DNA from: Pseudomonadota bacterium
GTDB lineage: Bacteria > UBA10199 > 2-02-FULL-44-16 > DYJF01
DNA: 64,000 nt
NCBI GenBank assembly: GCA_043823065.1
Contig: JBDRBB010000001.1
Span: 64,001 to 128,000 of the forward strand
Direction of reading: 5' to 3'
Shown one piece after another: positions 46,759 to 55,841 of this stretch. The notes under the pieces were generated by a model that was not told the DNA's origin, did not search any database, and was given only the letters and a program-made list of their open reading frames with translations. Position 1 is the stretch's first letter; each line of letters opens with the position of its first letter. The translations under genes and the position numbers were made by a program.

Positions 46759-47427
46759 TTAAGCCCTACGGGCATGGGAAGGCAATTCCGAGGTACTTGC
46801 AGAAGCAAAGATATTAATCATAGATTGGGTATAACCCAAGACATTTGGTACATAGGCTTGGGTTTCCTTAAAAGGTGGGATTTTATTGCCATATTTTTCT
46901 ACATTGCCTTCACCAGCATTGTAACCGGCCAAGGCTAAGTCCATTTTGCCGTCAAACCTGTCTAATAGCCAGCGCAGGTATTTGGTGCCGCCCTCAATAT
47001 TCTGGGCAGGGTCAAATACATCTTTTACACCAAAACGCTTGGCAGTTGCTGGCATGAGCTGCATTAAACCTTTGGCTCCAGCATGGGAAACTGCCTTGGC
47101 TTTGCCCCCAGATTCTTGCAAAATTACCCCGCAAATTAGTTCAACTGGTACATTATGTTTTGCAGCCATATCTTGAATAATTGGAGCATATTTTGCTAAA
47201 CGGTTGGCTTGAGTGGCAGTGATATTTTTAGGTCTATTGGAAACAACCGGTGGCCTAAATCTTTGCCCTGTTTTACGAAATTCTTGTCTGGAAGAATGCT
47301 GTTCTTTTGAGCTTGCTTGCTCAACTTTCTGAGCAAATTCACCACTATTTTTTACCTGATTTCGATATGTTAGGTATTTATTAAAGTGCTGAACTAACTG
47401 TTTTGAATCAACTTTTGTGTTTTGCAT
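46759..47427 (-). CDS. Lytic transglycosylase (SLT domain), no signal peptide
   Basis: VILQESGG, GAKGLMQLMPATA and LAGYNAGEG motifs. Confidence 0.92.
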   Translation of the reverse strand: MQNTKVDSKQLVQHFNKYLTYRNQVKNSGEFAQKVEQASSKEQHSSRQEFRKTGQRFRPPVVSNRPKNITATQANRLAKYAPIIQDMAAKHNVPVELICGVILQESGGKAKAVSHAGAKGLMQLMPATAKRFGVKDVFDPAQNIEGGTKYLRWLLDRFDGKMDLALAGYNAGEGNVEKYGNKIPPFKETQAYVPNVLGYTQSMINIFASASTSELPSHARRA

Positions 47428-47459
47428 AAAATACACCCCTAATTAGGGTTCCAATAGTA

Positions 47460-47488
47460 TTATCGGTTCAGAAGGGGGTAGAAGTTGC
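47460..47488 (-). promoter_or_regulatory. Putative alternative-sigma (sigma28-like -10) promoter
   Basis: TTTTTTTAGCAAC-N17-CCGATAA; flanks resemble those at 4244-4286. Confidence 0.5.
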
Positions 47489-47505
47489 TAAAAAAATGCA
47501 TAATT

Positions 47506-49182
47506 CTATGGATTCACTATAGTTCTTGGTCCAGCTGGTTTTTCTTCAGGCTTTTCTTCTGGTTTTTCAATAGGTTGTTCGGCTGGAGCTGGCTCTGGTT
47601 TAATTGGTGCAATTGTGCTTTTGCCATCATTTACATAGAAGAACCGCTGTTCTTTTAATTGCCGATCAGAATGTTTATCGCGCAAGGTAACAGTAACTGT
47701 ATAACGACCAAGCAAGGCATTTTTGGGTAAAATAATGTTGTTAGTTAACTGCACAGGCTTGCCTTCATTTGCTAGATCATAATAATCAATCACATTTTCT
47801 AATTTCAAACCAATGCTATTGTCTGGATAGCGTACTTGTAGATCTTCTTGAACCCAGGCCTTACCACCTTCAATTTCATAGCCAATAACATCAAATACTA
47901 AATAAACTTCTTCGCCTTGCTTGAACACTGCAGGTTTACGAATTTGGTTTGGATCATTAACTGCAAATTCAAAATTACTTATGCTTAAACTTTTGGTTGT
48001 AGTGCCGCCTAATTTGGAAACTCCGCCAGTGTGATAACTTAAGGCAGGGAGAAAATTAATCCGAAAAGAACTGCTTAAATAATTGTTGCGGTTTTCCTGG
48101 CCAGCAAAAAATAGCATGGCAATCACCACTAGGGTTATCACTGCTCCAATTAGACCCTTAAGCTGTCTTGGTATTTTAATCACCAAAGTGCCGGCCAGTA
48201 AATCGCCTAAACGTTGCTTGCGCACAGAAATTAGAATGCTTAGAAAACCAAAAAAGTTAGTATCAAGGACGCGGGCAATAGTGCGCATAAGAGCGCTGCT
48301 AAAGTCAACACCAGGGCCTTGCTCCAGACAAATAGTATAACCAAACAAAAGCTTGCCTACAGTGGTTCCGGTTAGACCTTCTTGTAAGGCAAAAAACAGA
48401 ATCATGAACACAGGCAGAAGGACTACCAATATCATGCTGGCCAAAGGTTCATCTGGGTTCAAAAGAAGGGCATAGCTTGCCAGAAACGCGCCAAATAATA
48501 TTAAATCAATAATCATTGCGCCTAAACGCCCAGAAGCAGAAGCCAGCATATCCATGGTTAAAGCATATTGGCGACTGGGTTTGCCGAGTTTTTTGATCAC
48601 CACTGTCTGACCGGCAAAATCGCCCAAGCGTTGATGCCAACCGGTTTTTTCCATGATCACAAAACCAAGGGCCAAGGCGCATAAAATTAAATCAATAATT
48701 CTTAGCAAGTTGCGCCAAAAAACACCTGAAATAGTGGCCTGATTACCACTAGCATCGCGCACAGCCAGATGGCAGATGAGCTTGCCCACAGAAGCAAACA
48801 AGACTCCTTCTAAAAGAAAGAAATAGACAAAAGCGAGTAAGAGAAAAATTCCGTGAAAGATTAAGGCATGCATGCCCAAGGTTGGGATGGGGCCCAAAGG
48901 AGCGCCAAAAACAATAAAGCGATAAGCCAGTAAAAGCGGCCAATATAAAACAAACAGAACTATTGCATCGATGATAAAGGCTGCCAGGCGGTCTTTCAAA
49001 GGAGCTAATAAAAATCCACCTGCAGATTTTTCCTCTTCTTTGCTTATCATTTCTAAACTGGTTTCAGCAGAAACTTCCTCTGCTGGGGTATTTTCTTCAG
49101 GTTCCAAATCTGGATCAACATCAGAAACATCAATTAAATCTGTGTTTTCTTTGACTTGGTTTACATTGTCTACCATGGCCAC
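47506..49182 (-). CDS. Tandem RDD-domain membrane protein with C-terminal soluble beta-rich domain
   Basis: Two RDD units (RLAAFIID...QRLGD and RLGAMIID...QRLGD). Confidence 0.85.
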   Translation of the reverse strand: MAMVDNVNQVKENTDLIDVSDVDPDLEPEENTPAEEVSAETSLEMISKEEEKSAGGFLLAPLKDRLAAFIIDAIVLFVLYWPLLLAYRFIVFGAPLGPIPTLGMHALIFHGIFLLLAFVYFFLLEGVLFASVGKLICHLAVRDASGNQATISGVFWRNLLRIIDLILCALALGFVIMEKTGWHQRLGDFAGQTVVIKKLGKPSRQYALTMDMLASASGRLGAMIIDLILFGAFLASYALLLNPDEPLASMILVVLLPVFMILFFALQEGLTGTTVGKLLFGYTICLEQGPGVDFSSALMRTIARVLDTNFFGFLSILISVRKQRLGDLLAGTLVIKIPRQLKGLIGAVITLVVIAMLFFAGQENRNNYLSSSFRINFLPALSYHTGGVSKLGGTTTKSLSISNFEFAVNDPNQIRKPAVFKQGEEVYLVFDVIGYEIEGGKAWVQEDLQVRYPDNSIGLKLENVIDYYDLANEGKPVQLTNNIILPKNALLGRYTVTVTLRDKHSDRQLKEQRFFYVNDGKSTIAPIKPEPAPAEQPIEKPEEKPEEKPAGPRTIVNP

Positions 49183-49189
49183 TCCTTAT

Positions 49190-49254
49190 GCTTCGAGCGA
49201 GTGAAGCGAGTCGAGAAGCTATTAATATTCTTCTCGACTGAGCTCGAAGAATAT
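49190..49254. repeat. REP-like palindrome, family D
   Basis: CTTCGAGCGAGTGAAGCGAGTCGAGAAG...TTCTTCTCGACTGAGCTCGAAGAATA. Confidence 0.8.
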
Positions 49255-49991
49255 TATGAATTCAAATATTTTTTTGCAAAACCAATATCATCAGTTATGA
49301 TGCTATCTACTTCCAACTCAATGCAACGTTTGAAATCCTCTTCTTTATTTACAGTCCAAGCTGAAACTTTTTTGCCTTGTTCCTGCAATTTTTTTACACG
49401 TGATTTTTTTAGCAATGGATAATATACATGATATTCTGCCACATCTAGATATTTATCATAAATATTGGATCTTAAAAAGGAAAAAGGTTTATTGCGTACA
49501 ATAATTGCTCGTCTTAAATTAGGTGTTAATTTTTTTAGGTGATAGAGGATTTTAGGACTTCTACTGGAAATAGTGATTGGTTGCCGAAATCTAAAATCAG
49601 AAACAATGCCTCCGACAAGTTGAGCAACATGAAAAGCCAAACCTGGCTGAGGTTTTATTTCACAAATAATGGAAATATCATGCGGCTGGAGTAGTTCAAA
49701 GACCTCAGTTAAGGTAGGTACAGTGATATGAGAAAAAGACAAACGAAAATGACTGCCAAAATCCAAACTTTTTATTATGGAAAAAGTGGTTTTATGCACA
49801 AATCCTTCATTAGGAGTAAGAATAGAGAGATCATTATCGTGAGTTACTATTGGTACGCGATCTTTGGTTAAGACCACGTCAAATTCAATGCCATCGCAGC
49901 CTAGTTCTAAGGCGCGTCTAAAAGCAGGAATAGTATTTTCCGGCGCTTCCCGCTTTGCTCCTCTATGGGCAATTAACTTAGGTTTGATCAT
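49254..49991 (-). CDS. Glycerophosphodiester phosphodiesterase
   Basis: IAHRGA...PENT, IEFDV, WTVN and IITD motifs. Confidence 0.92.
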   Translation of the reverse strand: MIKPKLIAHRGAKREAPENTIPAFRRALELGCDGIEFDVVLTKDRVPIVTHDNDLSILTPNEGFVHKTTFSIIKSLDFGSHFRLSFSHITVPTLTEVFELLQPHDISIICEIKPQPGLAFHVAQLVGGIVSDFRFRQPITISSRSPKILYHLKKLTPNLRRAIIVRNKPFSFLRSNIYDKYLDVAEYHVYYPLLKKSRVKKLQEQGKKVSAWTVNKEEDFKRCIELEVDSIITDDIGFAKKYLNS

Positions 49992-49992
49992 T

Positions 49993-50730
49993 CTAACTCC
50001 TATCAAAGTTCCCTAATTCATATTGTACAATTGCTAAACTTGCTATAGCGGCGGTTTCTACACGTAAAATTTGTGAACCCAAGCTAACTGAACTTGCTCC
50101 GTTCTTTCTGGCTAATTCAACTTCTGACTTGGTAAATCCGCCTTCAGGGCCGATGATTAATAAGACTTGAGACTTGAGGCCTGAGAGTTGAGACTCAAGG
50201 CTATTCTTTGTTTCTCCCTCCCAGAATAATAATGTTTTTTCATATTTAGAAAAAGAAGCGCAAAGCTTTTCAAAATTTAGGGAAGCATTGACTTTGGGAA
50301 TAAACGGCAAGCCAGACTGTTTGGCAGCTTCCACAGCAATTTTTTGCCAACGCTCCAATTTTTTTGGTCCCAGGCTGGTTGTGAATTTAGGAATGGTGCG
50401 CTCTGAAAAGAATGGATATAAATGATGGCAACCAAGTTCCACTGCTTTTTGGATAATATATTCAGTGCGGTCATGTTTGATAATAGCAAAGGCCAGAGCA
50501 GGGCAAGGGTTGTTAAACTTGTAGCTAATTTCAGCCAAAATTTTAAGTTTAACTTGGCGGCCCTTGATTTCAGTTATTTCTGATTTATAAGACCTTCCTT
50601 GGCCATCTGCCAAGATTAGCCAATCACCTTTTTTTAGACGCAAAACATCTGCGATATGATGAGCTTCTGGCCCTTTTATTTCAACTGTTTCATTCAGAAT
50701 TAAAGGTTGTTGAATAAAAAATTGAGGCAT
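49993..50730 (-). CDS. rsmE: 16S rRNA m3U1498 methyltransferase
   Basis: HIADVLRL, QKAVELG, IGPEGGF and ILRVETA motifs. Confidence 0.95.
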   Translation of the reverse strand: MPQFFIQQPLILNETVEIKGPEAHHIADVLRLKKGDWLILADGQGRSYKSEITEIKGRQVKLKILAEISYKFNNPCPALAFAIIKHDRTEYIIQKAVELGCHHLYPFFSERTIPKFTTSLGPKKLERWQKIAVEAAKQSGLPFIPKVNASLNFEKLCASFSKYEKTLLFWEGETKNSLESQLSGLKSQVLLIIGPEGGFTKSEVELARKNGASSVSLGSQILRVETAAIASLAIVQYELGNFDRS

Positions 50731-50790
50731 AGATTGCCTATCTTTTTATCATGTGTTAATGTTTAGAGCAAGTAAGCAAAAGGAGGAAGT

Positions 50791-51462
50791 ATGAATAATG
50801 TGCAATATGTTCCTTGGGATGCCGAACAGAAAACTGATTGGATAAAAGCTTTTTTCCATACATTGAAGAACTCTTTGCTTAAACCTATGGAGTTTTTTGC
50901 AGAAGTAGCTCAAGGTGAAAGTTTTTTTTGGCCCTTGATCTACGCGATAATTATTGGAGTAGTGGTCTTTATCGTTAATCTGGCTTATCAAATTGGATTT
51001 AACCTGGGTTTTGCTGGTCTGAATGTGCCTTGGGCCAGTACGATCAATCAATTGCCTGCAGGTTTTTTCGCAGGTTATCTATTTGTTGCTTCAGCTATTT
51101 TTGCTGTTTTAGTTGGTATGCCTGCGCTTACAACTTTAGGATTACTAGTTGAAGCAGCTCTTTTACATCTGTGTTTGCTAATTATTCGTTCAGCTAAAAG
51201 AGATTTTAAAGCCACATTTCGAATGATTTGTTACTGCATGGGTCCGCACATAATAACTGTTGTGCCATTTGTTGGTAGTTTAGTTGGCGCAGCCTGGGTT
51301 TTTTGTTTAACCATAATTGGTACTAAAATTGTGCATGAAACATCTTATGGCCGAGCTATTCTAGCTGTGTTTTTACCTGTAATTTTTTGTTGCAGTGCAG
51401 TTTTTTTGTTTGGAGCAACTATTGCTGGGGGCTTGTTTGCAGCGTTTCTGGCTGGGCGTTAA
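50791..51462 (+). CDS. YIP1-family membrane protein
   Basis: LLKPMEFF N-terminal motif and about five TM helices. Confidence 0.7.
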   Translation: MNNVQYVPWDAEQKTDWIKAFFHTLKNSLLKPMEFFAEVAQGESFFWPLIYAIIIGVVVFIVNLAYQIGFNLGFAGLNVPWASTINQLPAGFFAGYLFVASAIFAVLVGMPALTTLGLLVEAALLHLCLLIIRSAKRDFKATFRMICYCMGPHIITVVPFVGSLVGAAWVFCLTIIGTKIVHETSYGRAILAVFLPVIFCCSAVFLFGATIAGGLFAAFLAGR

Positions 51463-52228
51463 TTGGTGCAAAACCTTTAAGCCGCATTTCATCTAAAATT
51501 TCCAGGGCTGCTGGGTCAGCACCTATCTGCAGCAAAGTTTGTTTTAGCTCATCTATATGCTTTGACGTAGTGCCAAATAAAATCACCCTGGCTGTTGGTA
51601 CAGGCTTAGATTCCTCTAAAATTTTTATTTCTTTAGTCCAAGGTAAATCCATTTTTTTAAAGGTATAAGCTTCAGTGGGTGTTAAAATTGCATAGGCATT
51701 TAATTTTCCTTCAGCTATTTTTTTAAGTTCAAATAAAATTTGATTGGTTGCTTTAGCAGGAATATTTTTTGCAGTTTCAAACTGCAAATGATTTAAGATA
51801 AAATCTGAACTTAAAGGTTCACTAGATAAAATCAGCGCTGGCTTAAATTCGCTTTTCATTTTTTTCACTAAAATATATTTTTCCTCTGTTTTGCCGCTAG
51901 GAAAGGGCCTGGTTGCTAACCAGGGTTGAGCTGCAGAGATCTTGCCTTTGTTTTCTATCCAGGCAGAAAAACTAATAATGCCTAAAAGTGGTTTTTGCTG
52001 CTTAATAAAATTTAAACCCTCTTTAGTTGTATTAAAATAAGTGGCTTGTAATTTAAGCTGGGGGATTTTATTGGCTAGATAATTTATAAACTCATCTAAG
52101 ATGGGTTGAGCTTCAGTTGAACTTCCAGCTTCACCAGGATACCAAAACAGGACTTTGCTATTGGCCAAGCCAGATTTGGCAGCAACTATAATTACAAAAA
52201 AAATAAATATAAATGAAGCTTTTTTCAT
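51419..52228 (-). CDS. Exported protein, possibly a PhnD-like solute-binding fold
   Basis: Signal peptide; weak resemblance (ILEESKPVP, MRLKGF). Confidence 0.55.
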   Translation of the reverse strand: MKKASFIFIFFVIIVAAKSGLANSKVLFWYPGEAGSSTEAQPILDEFINYLANKIPQLKLQATYFNTTKEGLNFIKQQKPLLGIISFSAWIENKGKISAAQPWLATRPFPSGKTEEKYILVKKMKSEFKPALILSSEPLSSDFILNHLQFETAKNIPAKATNQILFELKKIAEGKLNAYAILTPTEAYTFKKMDLPWTKEIKILEESKPVPTARVILFGTTSKHIDELKQTLLQIGADPAALEILDEMRLKGFAPINAQPETLQTSPQQ

Positions 52229-52240
52229 TATTCTTAATTC

Positions 52241-53827
52241 TTAAGAGTTATTTTTTCTCTTATAAAAGGCAATGCCCAAATCTTCACGTTCAATATAATA
52301 ATTATCTGTAAGGTAATCTTTTAATTGTGGATATTTAGCAACTGGATATTTGATGTAGTCATGGTAATTGCCAGGTGAAGTGTCTATGAAATACGCAGGC
52401 TTATTTTTTTCAAGATCTTCAAAAAATTTCTGCCAGCTGCCAGGCGTCACAAATTGTGAAGTGTCAAAATTAACGTCTTTAGCAGTTGGTGAGCCAGAAA
52501 CGCGGCCAGTTAGCCAATCGCACCAGAGAAAGCGCGAAGCTGCATAACGATCTGAATAGAAATAAATTGGTGTGGCAAAACCCCAAACAAAAATGGTGTC
52601 ATCAGGCTTAGTATTGTCTTTAATATATTGGGCAATCTGTTGGTAGTGCTTTGGGTTTTCTTCTCCAATAGCTGCATAAATTTGGTCAGCAGCCAATCTG
52701 GCTCCAAAAAAACCTACTGCTGGCAAAAAAATGCCAATTACAAATAAAGTATAAGCAAGTTTTTGCCTAAATTTGATTTCGTTATTTTGCAGCCAAATCA
52801 CAAAGAGGTCTGCATCTGCTGCAGCCAAAATAACCAAAGGGGGAAGAAGTTGGATAAAATAATGGCCAAAAAAACGACCGCCCATGCAAACTGGAATTAA
52901 ATTAAAAAGAAACCAAAATAAGACCCAGTATTGTTCAACAGGATGTTTTGACCAGATTAATTTGCTCATATATCTTAGGCCAAAAAACCAAATTAAAAAT
53001 GTAGAGGCAACAAAGGAGCCGCCTCTGATCAAAAAAGTTTTTAAAAAATCCACAGTGCTGCGGCCAGCTTCAATATAGGAAAATGAACCGCGCAAGCTCC
53101 AAAAATAAAACTCATTTAAAACTCCTAGATGATATAGGTGTAGAATAAAAAGTAATCCGATTAAAAATGAACCAGCTAGAAAAATTATAAAGCATTTAAT
53201 ATTGGCTAGATAAAATGTTTTTCTGTCATAAATTTTTGAAAAAAACAGGAGATAAAAACCTGCCAAAGCATAAGTGATTCCAGCTTGATATTTAAATAAA
53301 AAAGACAAAGCAAGTAATGCACCAGCAAGCAAAGGTCGCCACCATGCCTTGTCTCTATTCCAGGAAATTAGATAATAAACCGCCATGGTTAGCGGTAGCA
53401 TCATTACCACGACAATAGAGGTGGAGATAAATTTTGGAATATAGGTGGTTGAAAAAACTGCATAGAAAAAAGCGGCAAAAATTCCAGCACGTTCAGAAAA
53501 TAGCTTTTTGGCGATGTAATAACAATAGAGTGCAGTAATGGCTACAACTACTGCGGTTGCCAGATGCACGGCCAACATGTTGTTGCGTCCAAATAGGGCA
53601 AAGATGGCAGCAAAGAAATAATAGATGCCCAAAGGTTTGGTATCTACAGAACTGACATAAGGCAACCCTCCTGATAACAATGCATCGGCATAGCCAGCAA
53701 ATTGTGCTTCATCAACATCTAGGATTGGAGTCCAAAAAGCAGGTGCGCGCAAGATCAAGGTGATTAAAAAAATAATTATTGCTAGCACCCATTTGCTATT
53801 CAAAGTTTTAGTTTCCATGTTTAGCAT
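52241..53827 (-). CDS. GT-C fold membrane glycosyltransferase (ArnT/PMT-like)
   Basis: DVDEAQF and VDTKPLG loop motifs; many TM helices; HYFIQLLPP. Confidence 0.8.
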   Translation of the reverse strand: MLNMETKTLNSKWVLAIIIFLITLILRAPAFWTPILDVDEAQFAGYADALLSGGLPYVSSVDTKPLGIYYFFAAIFALFGRNNMLAVHLATAVVVAITALYCYYIAKKLFSERAGIFAAFFYAVFSTTYIPKFISTSIVVVMMLPLTMAVYYLISWNRDKAWWRPLLAGALLALSFLFKYQAGITYALAGFYLLFFSKIYDRKTFYLANIKCFIIFLAGSFLIGLLFILHLYHLGVLNEFYFWSLRGSFSYIEAGRSTVDFLKTFLIRGGSFVASTFLIWFFGLRYMSKLIWSKHPVEQYWVLFWFLFNLIPVCMGGRFFGHYFIQLLPPLVILAAADADLFVIWLQNNEIKFRQKLAYTLFVIGIFLPAVGFFGARLAADQIYAAIGEENPKHYQQIAQYIKDNTKPDDTIFVWGFATPIYFYSDRYAASRFLWCDWLTGRVSGSPTAKDVNFDTSQFVTPGSWQKFFEDLEKNKPAYFIDTSPGNYHDYIKYPVAKYPQLKDYLTDNYYIEREDLGIAFYKRKNNS

Positions 53828-54731
53828 ACCATTCTGTTGTTAATTGCAGGCCCAGCTTTAAGGGAGTGCCAGATTTCCAGCCCAATTGCTTTTCAATTTT
53901 TAAAGAAGAGAGAGAAGATCGTAATTGTTCGCCAGCTACAGATGGACCATGTTTTTCTTCAAAATTGCTCTTGGTAATTTTTTTTAACAGAATAAATAAT
54001 TCGTTTATATTTGTTTCTATTCCAGTGCCTATATTGTAGGCGCCTAATGCTTCTGGCTTCAAAGCCAACAGATTTGCTTCTACAATATCTGCAACATAGA
54101 CAAAATCTCTGGTTTGTTTGCCGTCGCCGTTGATTACTGGTTGTTGGTTGCGCAGTATTTTGCCTAAAAAAACGGCTACAACTCCGCCCTCGCCAGTATT
54201 TTTTTGACGCGGCCCAAAAACATTGGCATAGCGCAAGCTAACATATGGTAAACCGTATTTATGGTGATAGTAATATAGATAATTTTCGCAGGTAAGTTTA
54301 TTAATGCCATAAGGGGAAAGGGGAGCGTTATAATAATTTTCCGGTGTTGGAATTTGATCAGCTTCTCCGTAGATTGCTCCGCCTGATGAAGCAAAAATCA
54401 CTTTTTGCAACCCATTTTTTAGTCCCTTTTCAATAATATGAATTAAGCCTGTAAGATTATTTTTTATGTCGTTAATTGGATCTGTTACTGATTGACGTAG
54501 ATCAACTTGAGCAGCATGATGATTAATGATTTGCGGTTTTTCCTTTTTAATGATTTCTGCGCATTCAGGGTGGCAAACATCTATTTCAAAAAATTTGGCT
54601 TTTGGATTAATGTTTTCTTTTTTTCCATTGGAAAGATTATCAAATATTATAACTTCTAAACCTTTTTGAAGATAGGCATCAACAATATGCGAACCAATAA
54701 AGCCAGCTCCTCCGGTGACCAAAACTTTCAT
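53808..54731 (-). CDS. NAD-dependent nucleotide-sugar epimerase/dehydratase
   Basis: TGGAGFIGSH, YGINK and TRDFVYV motifs. Confidence 0.92.
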   Translation of the reverse strand: MKVLVTGGAGFIGSHIVDAYLQKGLEVIIFDNLSNGKKENINPKAKFFEIDVCHPECAEIIKKEKPQIINHHAAQVDLRQSVTDPINDIKNNLTGLIHIIEKGLKNGLQKVIFASSGGAIYGEADQIPTPENYYNAPLSPYGINKLTCENYLYYYHHKYGLPYVSLRYANVFGPRQKNTGEGGVVAVFLGKILRNQQPVINGDGKQTRDFVYVADIVEANLLALKPEALGAYNIGTGIETNINELFILLKKITKSNFEEKHGPSVAGEQLRSSLSSLKIEKQLGWKSGTPLKLGLQLTTEWYAKHGN

Positions 54732-54861
54732 TATTCCTCCCTGTGTTAACCAGATATGATTGCTTTTTTAACACAGTTATTTGGCATTGCTCAAGTTGAA
54801 TTTGTAGTTTTGACAGTTTTACTTGCCTATGCTACCACTAAAAAAATTTAAAATGAGACTC

Positions 54862-55833
54862 ATGAAGATAGAAGATACCAAAAGTCGGCCATATGATGTT
54901 TCCATTATTATTCCTTTCTTAGATGAAAAAGAGAATTTAGGTCAATTATATACGGAATTAACTGAGACAATGACCAAGCTCACTGCTACTTATGAATTGA
55001 TATTTGTAGATGATGGCAGCAAGGATGGTAGTGATCAACTGATCTTAGAGTTTATAAAAAAAGATCATCGAGTTAAGCTGATTCAATTTGCCAGAAATTT
55101 TGGTCAAACAGCAGCTCTGGCAGCTGGTTTTGCTCAGGCCAATGGGCGGATTTATATAACCATTGATGCTGATAATCAAAATGTGCCAGCAGACATCCCA
55201 GAACTTTTGGAAAAAATTGAACAGGGTTTTGATGTTGTTTCTGGCTGGCGTAAAAATCGCCAAGATAAATTTATTACCAGACGCTTGCCTTCAATTGTGG
55301 CTAACTGGTTAATTTCCAAAATTACAGGCGTTCATCTGCAAGATTATGGTTGCACCTTGAAAGCTTATCGCGCGGAATTTATCGACAAAATAGAGCTTTA
55401 CGGAGAAATGCATCGTTTTATTCCAGCTTTTGCTTCTATGGTTGGTGCGTGTGTTACTGAAATTTCTGTGAAACATCGCCCTCGCCTGCGTGGTCGCACC
55501 AAATATAGCTTGAATCGTATTTTTAAGGTTTTAATGGATTTGCTAACTGTCAAATTTCTTTCCAGTTATGCTACCAAGCCAGGCTATCTATTCGGTGGTG
55601 TTGGCTTATTGTTATGTTTAGGTGGGCTAATGTCTGCTGCAGAAGTGATTATTGAAAGATATGCAGTTGGAACTTTTGCTCATAAAAACCCCATGCTTTT
55701 GTTGGCCGTATTTCTTTTCTTCTTAGGCGTGCAAATCATTATGATTGGTTTAATTGCCGAACTTATGGTTCGTACCTATCATGAATCTCAAGATAAAAAG
55801 ATATATTTAATCAAGAAAATGGTAAATTTATAG
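54862..55833 (+). CDS. GT2 polyprenyl-phosphate glycosyltransferase (ArnC/GtrB-like)
   Basis: VDDGSKD, RNFGQTAAL and DAD motifs; two C-terminal TMs; start uncertain. Confidence 0.88.
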   Translation: MKIEDTKSRPYDVSIIIPFLDEKENLGQLYTELTETMTKLTATYELIFVDDGSKDGSDQLILEFIKKDHRVKLIQFARNFGQTAALAAGFAQANGRIYITIDADNQNVPADIPELLEKIEQGFDVVSGWRKNRQDKFITRRLPSIVANWLISKITGVHLQDYGCTLKAYRAEFIDKIELYGEMHRFIPAFASMVGACVTEISVKHRPRLRGRTKYSLNRIFKVLMDLLTVKFLSSYATKPGYLFGGVGLLLCLGGLMSAAEVIIERYAVGTFAHKNPMLLLAVFLFFLGVQIIMIGLIAELMVRTYHESQDKKIYLIKKMVNL

Positions 55834-55841
55834 AGGCAGAT

